From Holosporaceae bacterium (lineage in GTDB: Bacteria; Pseudomonadota; Alphaproteobacteria; UBA3830), in the NCBI GenBank assembly GCA_031265715.1, contig JAISCG010000153.1:1-26320 (forward strand): a DNA stretch of 26,320 nt, in the 5' to 3' direction. A program made the position numbers and the translations under genes. Within the stretch, counting starts at the first letter, position 1. Each line of letters begins with the position of its first letter. Below the pieces are notes generated by a model. The model saw only the letters and a program-made list of their open reading frames with translations. It was not told where the DNA came from and made no database searches. This document shows, piece after piece, positions 1 through 9,382 of this stretch.

Positions 1-680
1 TTTGTTGACGGAGGAGTACTGTTTTCCCTTTCGCAGGGACTGTTTTTCAAAAATCGCATCAGGATCCCATCCCGCGAAATCCAGAAAGTATTTTTCGATA
101 TTTTAACGCGAATTTCTCCGGAAAGGGTCGGCGGATTGTCATCAGTATCGATGACGAACGCGATAATTCCGTTTTTAAAATCTTCCATTCCTTTTATTAA
201 GATTTTCGGATTGGGAATTCCTTTGCAAAAACAAGGAGTTAGTGCCGGCGTACTATATATGCTGTCGGAGTCTGAAGTGAGCGTTGCTTCGACAATATAA
301 ATCAGAGGTTTTCCGTTTCCGTCGGCGGCGCTTTTCATCGGTATCCCAAGAGTGTGAAACGGCACCTTCCCGACGTATGTCATTTCGGGGGTATTTTTTT
401 CGTCCCCGCTTTCGTCGACGGACGGGCGAGGCAGTCGCTGGTTGTTTGCAACGAAAGACGCCAGCGCGATGGAAACGGTTTCAATGTTGCTTTTCGTAAT
501 TTGATCGCGCATGATTTTTCCGGTTGTGATCATTTTTGTGACGAAAAAACCGGAAACCAATCCGATAATCGATACGGCGATGGCTATTTCCAACAAAAAT
601 GATCCGCGCAGTTTACCAAATCTTAAATAGAAGTACGCAATCTTTGTTTTTATTCTTGGTATTATATCGTGAATCGGCAA
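1..680 (-). CDS. Type IV pilin/pseudopilin-like protein, 3'-truncated by the window edge and absent from the ORF track
   Basis: Manual translation gives an open frame from 680 to base 1: ...RFGKLRG|SFLLEIAIAVSIIGLVSGFFVTKMITTGK...LASFVANNQRLPRP...YVGKVPFHTLGIP... This has a prepilin G|xxxxE motif followed by a hydrophobic helix. There is no in-frame ATG before the motif. Candidate starts are TTG at 680 (GGGAG 6 nt upstream) or CTG at 611. Confidence 0.85.
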   Translation of the reverse strand, partial: MPIHDIIPRIKTKIAYFYLRFGKLRGSFLLEIAIAVSIIGLVSGFFVTKMITTGKIMRDQITKSNIETVSIALASFVANNQRLPRPSVDESGDEKNTPEMTYVGKVPFHTLGIPMKSAADGNGKPLIYIVEATLTSDSDSIYSTPALTPCFCKGIPNPKILIKGMEDFKNGIIAFVIDTDDNPPTLSGEIRVKISKNTFWISRDGILMRFLKNSPCERENSTPPST

Positions 681-1251
681 TACATTCTCCCGTTGCTTCC
701 GAAGCTTTAATCGCTTGAATTTCCCCGTTTTTCGGATCTCCGTTATCGCTGTTTTTGTCGATAAAATACGCGTCTTCCGGCGATAAAATTCCGGAGAAAT
801 TTTGATTATCATCCGTGCCTTTGCACAGCACGATCCATGTTCCCGGATGATCCGCGATGTTTGAGGACACACTGTAATATCCTCCCAGTTTGCTTGTCGG
901 ATAACCGTTAACCAATTCCATGCTGATCAAATTTGAGGCGATCAAGTGCTGCCAAAATCGTTTCGCATCTTCGACGGAAGAAATATTGCCGTTTCCGGAA
1001 CCGTTTTGCAGAGAATCGGAAATCATTTCGCGAGCTGCCGAAAAGTCTCCGGGCAGCGCTCCGTATCTGTCCGTGAATCCTTGAATTGCAATTCTGAATG
1101 TGTTCACCTGATCAATAACCGAACGCAGTTTAACCGAGTTGATCAGTTCCTTTCCCTTGAGCGCAAATCCGGCTATTAAACCGATTACCACAACCGCAAT
1201 CGCCACTTCTATGAGGGAAAACCCCCTGTTTCTTCGAAAAAAATTAATCAT
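613..1251 (-). CDS. Type IV pilin/pseudopilin-like protein with prepilin cleavage/methylation motif
   Basis: MINFFRRNRG|FSLIEVAIAVVVIGLIAGFAL is a canonical G|FxxxE motif with a basic leader. It also has a YGALPGD segment and a C-terminal Cys pair, and overlaps the secretin stop codon (ATGA). Confidence 0.92.
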   Translation of the reverse strand: MINFFRRNRGFSLIEVAIAVVVIGLIAGFALKGKELINSVKLRSVIDQVNTFRIAIQGFTDRYGALPGDFSAAREMISDSLQNGSGNGNISSVEDAKRFWQHLIASNLISMELVNGYPTSKLGGYYSVSSNIADHPGTWIVLCKGTDDNQNFSGILSPEDAYFIDKNSDNGDPKNGEIQAIKASEATGECIADSRYNTKNKNKDCVLLFKIW

Positions 1252-2858
1252 TTTTTGAATTTCAACGGCCTCGGATCATCGGCAAATTTATTGTATATCT
1301 TTTTGTCGGCCTCATGATGAAGTTTGCTTTTCTTTCTAAGAATCGTGGCTTTCAAAAAAATAACCAGCTCGGTAATGTCCGTGGATTTTTCATTGCTGCC
1401 AAGCAGAAAATCGCTTCCTTTGAATCCGGGAAGTCCGCTCCGTTGTTTGCCGGACGATTCCTGCATCAGTCCGCCCATCACGGCAACCTGTCCCGACTGC
1501 AATTTCAGAACAGAATCCAACTCTCGCACATCAACGATCGGAATTTTATGGCTATGAGGAATATTTTGTCCGACGGTATTTGTGTTAACCGTCGTTGTTT
1601 GATAAAAAAACGGCACTTCTTTGTAGCCGGAAATTCTGGAAACGGTCGGACGCAAATTCAGCAAAATCGTATTATTCTTTTTATCGACGGACGGAATAAC
1701 CGATATAATCAGTCCAATCGGAATTGTGTGAATTGTCGTCGACAAAAAATCCGTGCTGCGATTATCCGAAACGGTTGCGTATTGCCGCTGCAATTCCGGA
1801 ATATAAATGACCTCGTTTTGCGCAACTTTCAGCACCGCCGACTGATTGTTCAAAACCGTGATTCTGGGACTCGACAAAGTTTTCACGGCGCCGAATTTTT
1901 CTATTAATCCGGCAACGACGTTTAGACTTGCCCTTTCTATTCCGAATGAGAATAATCCTTCATCTACTGAAAACGGTTTTTTAAATTTTGCGCCGCCGCC
2001 GCGAATTATATTCCAATTAATTCCGTTTTTATATTCGTTTTTTAGATTTACCTCGAGAATTTTTGCTTCGATCAGAACCTGCGACTCGGAAGTATCTTTC
2101 AGCAAACGCAGATATTTTTGCACTTCCGTTTGTTTGTTCTGCGTGGTGTAAACCGTAATTAATCCGCCCTGGCGATGAATTGATAAATATGATCCGTCGT
2201 CCTCTCCGATGATCGTTTTCAGCGAAGCTTCCAACTCTGCCCAAAAATCATTTTTTGCGATTCCGGAAACCAAACTGCGCGATCCGTTATTTCCGTCCGC
2301 GGACGTCATCGGAGCATTGCCCTTTCCGATGGACTGATTCATGAAAATATCGGTCGAGACTGCAACATTGCTCTGGGTATTTCGCTGAATATTCAGGAAC
2401 TGCACGTTATAGACTTTTAACATGGGGCTGTCTGTTTCGATTTTCACGGAATTTCCGTTAATCGAATATTTTAATCCCGTTCCGCTGCAAATATCTTTCA
2501 GGATATCCAAAAACGGACGTTTTTTGGCGGAAAAAGAAACGCTGCCCTCGACGTCCTGGGTGATAAAAACGTCGATGCCGGCCAAATCTGCCATCTGGGT
2601 CAGCACTTCGCGCATTTTCATTTTTTCGGTGACAGAAATTGAAATATTTTTGTAAAAATTTTCATTGACTATCGGCTCTCCGTCGATTTCATCTTCTTCA
2701 AAATCATCAACATCAAGATCCGAAGTGAACTCCTCAACGGGGGCCGATATCGTTTCAAAAACTTTATCATCCAATTTCCTCTGCTGAGGAGTTCCGGCAG
2801 TGTCATCCAAAGAACAGCCGCTTAATACCAAAAATACCACAAAAACTACAAAATGCAT
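1248..2858 (-). CDS. Lipoprotein secretin of the T2SS/T4P family (MshL/BfpB-like)
   Basis: Lipobox LSGC at Cys15; QVLIEAKILEV, KTLSSPRITVLNNQSA and VRELDSVLKLQSGQVAVMGGLMQ secretin-domain motifs; adjacent pilin genes. Confidence 0.9.
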   Translation of the reverse strand: MHFVVFVVFLVLSGCSLDDTAGTPQQRKLDDKVFETISAPVEEFTSDLDVDDFEEDEIDGEPIVNENFYKNISISVTEKMKMREVLTQMADLAGIDVFITQDVEGSVSFSAKKRPFLDILKDICSGTGLKYSINGNSVKIETDSPMLKVYNVQFLNIQRNTQSNVAVSTDIFMNQSIGKGNAPMTSADGNNGSRSLVSGIAKNDFWAELEASLKTIIGEDDGSYLSIHRQGGLITVYTTQNKQTEVQKYLRLLKDTSESQVLIEAKILEVNLKNEYKNGINWNIIRGGGAKFKKPFSVDEGLFSFGIERASLNVVAGLIEKFGAVKTLSSPRITVLNNQSAVLKVAQNEVIYIPELQRQYATVSDNRSTDFLSTTIHTIPIGLIISVIPSVDKKNNTILLNLRPTVSRISGYKEVPFFYQTTTVNTNTVGQNIPHSHKIPIVDVRELDSVLKLQSGQVAVMGGLMQESSGKQRSGLPGFKGSDFLLGSNEKSTDITELVIFLKATILRKKSKLHHEADKKIYNKFADDPRPLKFKK

Positions 2859-2888
2859 GCTGTTCCCGAAAACAAAACCTCGGAGTTC

Positions 2889-2894
2889 ATTATA
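2889..2894 (-). promoter_or_regulatory. Possible sigma70 -10 element upstream of the secretin operon
   Basis: Perfect TATAAT on the minus strand, 30 nt upstream of the ATG at 2858. No convincing -35 element. Confidence 0.35.
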
Positions 2895-2934
2895 CGCAAT
2901 AACGGACGGAAAATACAGAGAAAAAATTAAAATT

Positions 2935-4032
2935 TTATGTTTTTTTCTTTAATGTCAATATCATGCCAAGTGTGATACTTGCGGCGATCATGGAAGATCC
3001 TCCGTAGCTCATGAACGGAAGAGTCATCCCCTTTGTGGGAATTATGTGCAGAGCCGACGCTATATTAATGAATGATTGCAGACCGAATTGGGCAAGCAAT
3101 CCCACCGACGCCAACAGTGAAAACAGACTGCCTTCTTTCACCGTTTTCAACATTCCGTAAACAACAATAAAAGCGATCACTGCTACGACAAGAACACATA
3201 CGCAAAATCCGCACTCCTCCCCGAGAACCGCGAAGACGAAATCCGCGTGAGCGTCCGGCAGATATTTTTTTATAATTCCTTCTCCCGGCCCGACTCCGAA
3301 AAAACCTCCGTTGGAAAAAGCTTCCAGCGATCGATTAATTTGATAATGATCTCCGACGGCCGGATCCAAAAAACGATCGACGCGCGCGGTTACGTGCGGC
3401 AAAAACAGATAGGCGAGAATGAATCCGCCCACGCCGATTGCCGCGGCCAGAATAACGAAAAATATCGACAGTCCGTTGACGAACAGTTGTCCGAACCACA
3501 CCGATATCGTTACGACCGCCATTCCGACGTCCGGTTGCAGCACAAGTAAAAAGACGAATGACCCGAGAAATAAAGCGGATAAAAATTTTCCGTAAAATTC
3601 CGGACGTTTTTGTTGTTCGGAAAGCATCCACGCCGTTATGACCGCCAGAGCCGGTTTTACGAATTCGGACGGCTGAATCGAAAATCCGAAAATCGATATC
3701 CAGCGGCGCGCTCCTTTAATTTCAATTCCGACTATCAGCGTTAAAAATGTCAGCAACATAAATACGACAAACAAAAAAATCGAAAGTTTTTTTAAATTTG
3801 AAATGCTCAGAACGGAAATTGAAAAAATTATAAAAAGCGAAGGAACGAGATACGACAGATGACGTTTTAAAAAATAGAATTTTTCGATTCCCATGCGATC
3901 CGCAACCATTGGAGTTGCAGCCACCGCCAACAGAATTCCGAACGCGATCAATATTGAAAATGCAAAAAGCATGACTCTGTCTACGGTCCACCACCATTGC
4001 CCCAAAATACTGTTACTGTCTCGTGCAATCAT
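2935..4032 (-). CDS. ftsW: SEDS-family peptidoglycan polymerase FtsW
   Basis: GARRWI, QPSEFVKP, LQPDVG, YQINRS...GGFFGVGPGEG, LPDAHADFVFAVLGEE and KGMTLPFMSYGGSS motifs; lies downstream of murD with an ATGA overlap. Confidence 0.97.
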   Translation of the reverse strand: MIARDSNSILGQWWWTVDRVMLFAFSILIAFGILLAVAATPMVADRMGIEKFYFLKRHLSYLVPSLFIIFSISVLSISNLKKLSIFLFVVFMLLTFLTLIVGIEIKGARRWISIFGFSIQPSEFVKPALAVITAWMLSEQQKRPEFYGKFLSALFLGSFVFLLVLQPDVGMAVVTISVWFGQLFVNGLSIFFVILAAAIGVGGFILAYLFLPHVTARVDRFLDPAVGDHYQINRSLEAFSNGGFFGVGPGEGIIKKYLPDAHADFVFAVLGEECGFCVCVLVVAVIAFIVVYGMLKTVKEGSLFSLLASVGLLAQFGLQSFINIASALHIIPTKGMTLPFMSYGGSSMIAASITLGMILTLKKKT

Positions 4033-5345
4033 TTTTCTTTTCGAACCGATTTTTTAAATTTGTTACCGCGATCTTCAAAATTTTCGAATTGATCAAAACT
4101 CGCGCAGGCCGGAGATAACAACACGACCTTTGCACCCAAATCTGCGGCTGCTTTTTCGGATCGCGCCACGGCCGTTTCCAAAGTTCCGGCAACCTCATTT
4201 TTCACACCGTGTTGCGTCAGCAGGTGCGACCAATTTTGCGCCGCTTCTCCGATCAAAAATGCAAAACGTACTTTGCCGAAATATTTCACCAAACTTTCGA
4301 TGCCGTCTTCTTTCGGACGACCGCCGAGTATCCAAATTATGTCGTCGAATCGTTGCAGAGCTTTTTCGGCGGAATCCGCATTTGTCGCTTTGCTGTCATT
4401 TATATATAGAACGCCGTCGATTGATGCAACAATTTCCTGACGATGCTCCAATCCTCCGAATGAAAATAATCCTTCCCGAAATTTTTTTTGATCCGCCCCG
4501 TTTCGGACATATGCAACGTAGGCCGCCGCGATATTTTGAAGATTGTGATTTCCGTCCAGAGCGGAATTTTTTTCGCAGATAATTTCGCCCGATCCGAAGC
4601 GATCGTCAATTAATCTGCCCGCATCCCATCCGACTCCGAATTGCGGCACTCTGTTTCCGGAAATCGGAATAACGCAGGGATGTTTTATCGTTTTTAAAAA
4701 ATTGAAAATTTTCAAACAGTGATCGTCGTCGACTCCGATTATCGCAGCGGATCTCTCGTGGAAATTCGCGAATATTTTTTGCTTTGCGGAAATGTATCCC
4801 TCCATGCCGCCGTGTCGAGTCAGATGATCCGGGGTGATGTTCAGCAAAATTGCGACGTCAAATCCCAAAATATTGCACGATTCCAATTGATAGGACGACA
4901 ATTCCAAAACAAAAAAATCCGCGGAGGAATCCAGAGATAAAACCGGATTTCCGAAATTTCCTCCGACGACGGATTTTTGTCCGGCGAAACTCAATAAATG
5001 ATGAATCAGCGCGGCGGTCGTAGATTTTCCGTTGGTACCGGTGACGCAAATTTTTATTTTATTCGGAAGTTGCCTTTGGAACAGATCGGCATCATTTAAA
5101 ATCGGAATAAAATTTTCCTTCGCTTTCCGAATCATCGGATGAATCCCGGGCCACAGAGTACTTATTCCGGGACTGACCGCGATTGCATCGAATTTTTCGT
5201 CCGGATCGAATTTTTCGTTCGAATTATCGTCGTGTATTTTTACATTTGCGCCGCTCGCCCGCAAAGAATCTGCAACGGATTTTCCGGTTTTTCCGAAACC
5301 GATCACTCCGAATTTTTTATTTTTACAAAAATCTAAAATAATCAT
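4029..5345 (-). CDS. murD: UDP-N-acetylmuramoyl-L-alanine:D-glutamate ligase
   Basis: GFGKTG, VTGTNGKSTT, LELSSYQL, NITPDHLTRH, NDSKATN and LLSPACASFDQF motifs. Start refined to the ATG at 5345, which overlaps the mraY stop (ATGA); the ORF track start at 5429 lies inside mraY. Confidence 0.97.
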   Translation of the reverse strand: MIILDFCKNKKFGVIGFGKTGKSVADSLRASGANVKIHDDNSNEKFDPDEKFDAIAVSPGISTLWPGIHPMIRKAKENFIPILNDADLFQRQLPNKIKICVTGTNGKSTTAALIHHLLSFAGQKSVVGGNFGNPVLSLDSSADFFVLELSSYQLESCNILGFDVAILLNITPDHLTRHGGMEGYISAKQKIFANFHERSAAIIGVDDDHCLKIFNFLKTIKHPCVIPISGNRVPQFGVGWDAGRLIDDRFGSGEIICEKNSALDGNHNLQNIAAAYVAYVRNGADQKKFREGLFSFGGLEHRQEIVASIDGVLYINDSKATNADSAEKALQRFDDIIWILGGRPKEDGIESLVKYFGKVRFAFLIGEAAQNWSHLLTQHGVKNEVAGTLETAVARSEKAAADLGAKVVLLSPACASFDQFENFEDRGNKFKKSVRKEK

Positions 5346-6418
5346 CTTATTTTCAGTGTTGATAATCCGATTAAAGCGAAAACAAATGAGATGATCCAAA
5401 ATCTGATGACGACGGTGGATTCGGTCCATCCCTTTTTTTCAAAATGATGATGAATCGGGGACATCAAAAAAATTCTTTTTCCGGTGCATCTGAAATACGC
5501 CACCTGAATCATGACGGATAACGCTTCCCAGACAAACAATCCTCCGATGATCGCCAACACGAATTCGTGTTTTGTAATTACGCTCAAACCTCCGAGAGCT
5601 CCGCCGATGGCGAGAGATCCCGTATCTCCCATAAATATCATTGCCGGCGGGGCGTTATACCACAGAAATCCGAGACATGCCCCGATGAGCGCTCCGCAAA
5701 AAATGCACAATTCTCCCGCCGAAACCACGTGGATAATTTGCAGATAATTTGAAAAAATAAAATGTCCGGAAATGTAACTTATGATTCCCAAACACAGCGC
5801 CGCCAACATCGACGGAAATGTCGCGAGGCCGTCGAGTCCGTCGGTTAAATTTACGGCGTTCGAACTTCCGACGATTACAAATGTCGTGAAACAAATCAAA
5901 AATAAAGAATTATCGATTACAAAATTTTTCAAAAACGGGAATGTCAATTTTCCGACCACATCCGGCGCTCTCACCGATTCCACCAAATATGAAAAAATCA
6001 GAGCGACGAAAATTTGAATAAGCATTTTCTTTTTTCCGCGCACTCCTTTTGAATTTTTGAATTTTATTTTTAGGTAGTCATCATAAAATCCCAAAAAACA
6101 ATAAGATAGTGTTAGAAAAATCAGTAGGATTAAATAATAATTTGTAATATCTCCCCAGAGCAGCGACGAAAGTACGGTTGCGGCAATAATTATTGCTCCC
6201 CCCATCGTCGGCGTTCCCTGCTTTTGCAAAATGTGCGACTCGGGACCGTCTCCGCGAATCGGCTGGGTAAATTTCAGACGTTTTATAAAAGTCGGATAGA
6301 GAAAAAAACTTATTATCAGCGACGTAAGCAGCGCGCACATCGTTCGAAAAGTAATGTAGCGCAGCAAATTCATTCCCGAGATAAAATTCAAATAGGGAAA
6401 AAGAAAATTGTAAAACAA
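5342..6418 (-). CDS. mraY: Phospho-N-acetylmuramoyl-pentapeptide transferase
   Basis: KQGTPTMGG, GFYDDY, SNAVNLTDGLDGLA, FMGDTGSLAIG and MSPIHHHFEKKGW motifs; TTG start with GAGG upstream. Confidence 0.98.
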   Translation of the reverse strand: MFYNFLFPYLNFISGMNLLRYITFRTMCALLTSLIISFFLYPTFIKRLKFTQPIRGDGPESHILQKQGTPTMGGAIIIAATVLSSLLWGDITNYYLILLIFLTLSYCFLGFYDDYLKIKFKNSKGVRGKKKMLIQIFVALIFSYLVESVRAPDVVGKLTFPFLKNFVIDNSLFLICFTTFVIVGSSNAVNLTDGLDGLATFPSMLAALCLGIISYISGHFIFSNYLQIIHVVSAGELCIFCGALIGACLGFLWYNAPPAMIFMGDTGSLAIGGALGGLSVITKHEFVLAIIGGLFVWEALSVMIQVAYFRCTGKRIFLMSPIHHHFEKKGWTESTVVIRFWIISFVFALIGLSTLKIR

Positions 6419-6428
6419 AGCTATTGCC

Positions 6429-7715
6429 TCACAATTTTTCGGATGACGGCAACGCCGCCGGAGGGGTAATTTTTATCAGTCCGATTTGATTGCGCTGTCT
6501 TTTTAAAATTTCGATTTTAAAACCGGATAAAACGTAGGTCTGGCCGACGTCCGGAATTTTTCTGACCTCGTGCATGACATAGCCGGCGATTGTCGCAGCT
6601 TCTTCCTCGGGCAGATTCCAGTCGAACTCGCGATTAAGATCTCGAATCGGAGTCATTCCCTCCGCGATAACGGATCCGTCAGCCTGAAGTTTCACGCCGT
6701 CGGTCAGAATATCGTACTCGTCAACAATTTCTCCCACGATTTCTTCCAGAATATCCTCCAGCGTAATGCATCCCTGAAGATCGCCGTATTCGTCAACCAC
6801 AAGGGCAAAGTGCTCCCTTTTTTTCCGAAAATCCTGCAACTGATTCAACAAATGTTTGGTGTCGGGAATGAACCACGGAGCGGCCATCAACTGATTAATT
6901 CTTATTTTTTCCAGATCTCCGTTCTGCAATTGCAGCGCATGGAAGAAAGTTCTCGTTTTTAAAATTCCGATTATATTCTCCGGATTATCTTTCCACAGCG
7001 GAATTCTTGAAAAATGGCAATTGGTCAATTCCTCCGCAATTTTTGCCATCGGCAGGGATGCATTGATCGTTTTCAGATTTTTACGATGAACCATCGTGTG
7101 ACTCACGGAAATTTCTTCCAGATCAAGAATACTTTTCAACATGCTCTTTTTTTGAGCTTCCTCTTTATCATCCTCGGACGGTCGCATTTCAATGACGCCC
7201 CGCAATTCCTCGTCAGCCTGTTCCCGGGAATCCTGTTGCTCGACGTCCACGCCGATCAATTCGATGGTGTATTTTGCGCATTTTTCCAGAACCGTCGTGA
7301 CCGGTTTCAAAACAGCCACCACCCGAAAAAGAATCGGCCCCACGAAGAGCGCGAACGGAATCGTAAATTTTATCACCAGCATTTTCGGAAAAATTTCCGC
7401 ATAGATTATTATGAGAAGGGCAATAATCGTTTGTAAAACAGCAGCTTCGGTCGTGGTAAAATATTTGACCGCAAAAAGCGTGCTGAAAATCGGGATTAGA
7501 TACAACACCAGCTGATTTAAAATCAGTATGGTGCTTATTGTGGCGGATAATTTTTCCTGCAAAGCGATGACTTTTTTCGCTCTCCTATCTCCTTTTTTCG
7601 CGAGATGGTACATGTGAGCGTGAGACGCTCCGGTAACGGCCGTCTCGGCTCCGGAAATAAAACCGGCAAAAGCTATCGCAAAAAACATTCCCAAGAAAAA
7701 AAGAAGAAAAATCAT
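6429..7715 (-). CDS. HlyC/CorC (CNNM-CBS-CorC) family membrane transporter, probable Mg2+/Co2+ efflux
   Basis: N-terminal ISGAETAV and EIFPK CNNM motifs, a CBS pair (HFSRIPLW; ALVVDEYGDLQGCITLEDILEEIVGEIVDEYD), and a C-terminal CorC_HlyC-like segment (TIAGYVMHEVRKIPDVG). Confidence 0.93.
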   Translation of the reverse strand: MIFLLFFLGMFFAIAFAGFISGAETAVTGASHAHMYHLAKKGDRRAKKVIALQEKLSATISTILILNQLVLYLIPIFSTLFAVKYFTTTEAAVLQTIIALLIIIYAEIFPKMLVIKFTIPFALFVGPILFRVVAVLKPVTTVLEKCAKYTIELIGVDVEQQDSREQADEELRGVIEMRPSEDDKEEAQKKSMLKSILDLEEISVSHTMVHRKNLKTINASLPMAKIAEELTNCHFSRIPLWKDNPENIIGILKTRTFFHALQLQNGDLEKIRINQLMAAPWFIPDTKHLLNQLQDFRKKREHFALVVDEYGDLQGCITLEDILEEIVGEIVDEYDILTDGVKLQADGSVIAEGMTPIRDLNREFDWNLPEEEAATIAGYVMHEVRKIPDVGQTYVLSGFKIEILKRQRNQIGLIKITPPAALPSSEKL

Positions 7716-7801
7716 ACAGATAATTTACTGTTTACAACAACGGGGATTTTAATACACTTTTTTGCTGAGGTAAAGATACCAATTTCAGGGGAAACATCGC
7801 G

Positions 7802-7844
7802 ACGATAACAGTTAGACACCTTCTGGAAATTTAACTGTTATCGT
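7802..7844. terminator. Perfect 13-bp inverted repeat downstream of tlc (terminator or processing stem)
   Basis: ACGATAACAGTTA (7802-7814) / TAACTGTTATCGT (7832-7844) with a 17-nt loop, 17 nt after the tlc stop. No U-tract. Confidence 0.5.
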
Positions 7845-7861
7845 ATTGATTGCCAAAGAAA

Positions 7862-9316
7862 TTACTGTTCTGTTTCTGCCGAAAGTTTCGTAAATTCTTT
7901 ATTCAGGCCGTACACGGCGTAGAACCAGAGCAAAAGAATTCCTGCGAAAATCACCGAAATCACCGGAGCCAACTGCACCAAAGATGATCCGACAAATATC
8001 ACGTTCAGCAGCAAAAACTGGATCGCCGCTCCGCCGGATTTTCCCGCTCTTCCGCCGATAACGTCCACGGCGGCTTTTCCCTTGGATTTCAACTCGTCAT
8101 CCAGAGGGATGTAGCTCATTTCCTTGGTGGAATCGAACAAAGAGTATTTCACGCTTTTGCTGAGCACGTTTTGGAACAATCCGACCCAATTGATAATTCC
8201 GAGGACCGAACATCCCGTCGCCAGCACAATCGGATTCAATTCTTCTTTAAATATAATGAACAGGAAGAAAATAATTCCGGTGACGAACGTCATCAGCGGC
8301 GTTACCATCGCCGAGCAAAACCAGGAACAGCGCCGCAATATATTATTGCCGACTATCATGAAGAGAATCGTTGCTCCTCCGGTCCAGATCTGGAGATTTC
8401 CCATAAATGCTCGGAATTCAGCGTCTGTCGGATAGAGCAATCTCGCTTGACCTTTCCACATGACCTCAACCAGGTTGATGCTAACTCCGTAGCAAACGAT
8501 CAGCAACGCGATGAACCCGAGATACTTTGAGCTGAAAATATACCGCACGCTTTCGCCGAGACTCAGCTTCGTCTTCTTTTTCGGCTTTTTAATTTCGTCG
8601 GGATTGAAGAAACGAGGATCGGTGAGCACGAATTTATTTAACCAGTAATAAATCGAAACAATAAACAAACAAAATAAAACCGCTATCGCATTGATAAGAT
8701 ATACATTTTTTACGGTGTGAAGCACCGTTCCGGAAAAAAGCAACGCAATGTTTGCGATGAATCCGAACATTGAGTAAAATCTTTTGGATTGCTTCAACGA
8801 GGTGACGTCGTTGGCAAAGCGCCAGAACATGAGGCTGACCATCGCGCTTCCCCAGAGCTCCGATACCACGTAGAATGACGAAAAAACCCATCCCCCCACA
8901 GGAATCAGCAAATTTCTCAAAAAATCAGATTCGACGCCGGAAAAATCGATCGTCAGCATCGAATTGCACGGGTATAAAACAAGCGCAAACAGAGCAAAAT
9001 AAGCCATAAAAAACAGTGTTACCATGTAAAACACCGAATCTTTGGAAAATTTGTTTGAAAGCTTCGAATAGGCCACCATAAATAACACAGCAGACGGTAA
9101 CACAAACCATAACTTCAACGTGGGAATAGCCTCCGCCCCCATATAAGTAACCACAAGAGAATCTTTTGTTCCCCTCAACACGCTGTAATTAAACAGAATA
9201 CACATCATCATAAATGCCATGGGAAGAAATTTCTTCAGCTCGTGCGAATAGATCGGCCAAATGATAGCCTTCCATCCGCTAAATCCTTGAGATTCTTCCT
9301 TTTTCGCGTCCACCAT
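7862..9316 (-). CDS. tlc: Npt1/Tlc-family nucleotide translocase, likely an ATP/ADP exchanger
   Basis: ELKKFLPM...FNYSVLRGTKDSLV, YVVSELWG, KYSLFDSTKEMSYIPLD and KGKAAVDVIGGRAGKSGGAAIQ are TLC-family signatures; AGGAGA SD. Confidence 0.96.
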   Translation of the reverse strand: MVDAKKEESQGFSGWKAIIWPIYSHELKKFLPMAFMMMCILFNYSVLRGTKDSLVVTYMGAEAIPTLKLWFVLPSAVLFMVAYSKLSNKFSKDSVFYMVTLFFMAYFALFALVLYPCNSMLTIDFSGVESDFLRNLLIPVGGWVFSSFYVVSELWGSAMVSLMFWRFANDVTSLKQSKRFYSMFGFIANIALLFSGTVLHTVKNVYLINAIAVLFCLFIVSIYYWLNKFVLTDPRFFNPDEIKKPKKKTKLSLGESVRYIFSSKYLGFIALLIVCYGVSINLVEVMWKGQARLLYPTDAEFRAFMGNLQIWTGGATILFMIVGNNILRRCSWFCSAMVTPLMTFVTGIIFFLFIIFKEELNPIVLATGCSVLGIINWVGLFQNVLSKSVKYSLFDSTKEMSYIPLDDELKSKGKAAVDVIGGRAGKSGGAAIQFLLLNVIFVGSSLVQLAPVISVIFAGILLLWFYAVYGLNKEFTKLSAETEQ

Positions 9317-9353
9317 AGTTTTCTCCTAATCTTTTAACTGTAAGACTTGGCCG

Positions 9354-9382
9354 ATTGTATACGAAAGCGATCGGAAACTCAA
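9354..9382 (-). promoter_or_regulatory. Putative sigma70 promoter of tlc
   Basis: Minus strand TTGAGT (9382-9377) - N17 - TACAAT (9359-9354), ending 37 nt upstream of the ATG. Confidence 0.5.
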
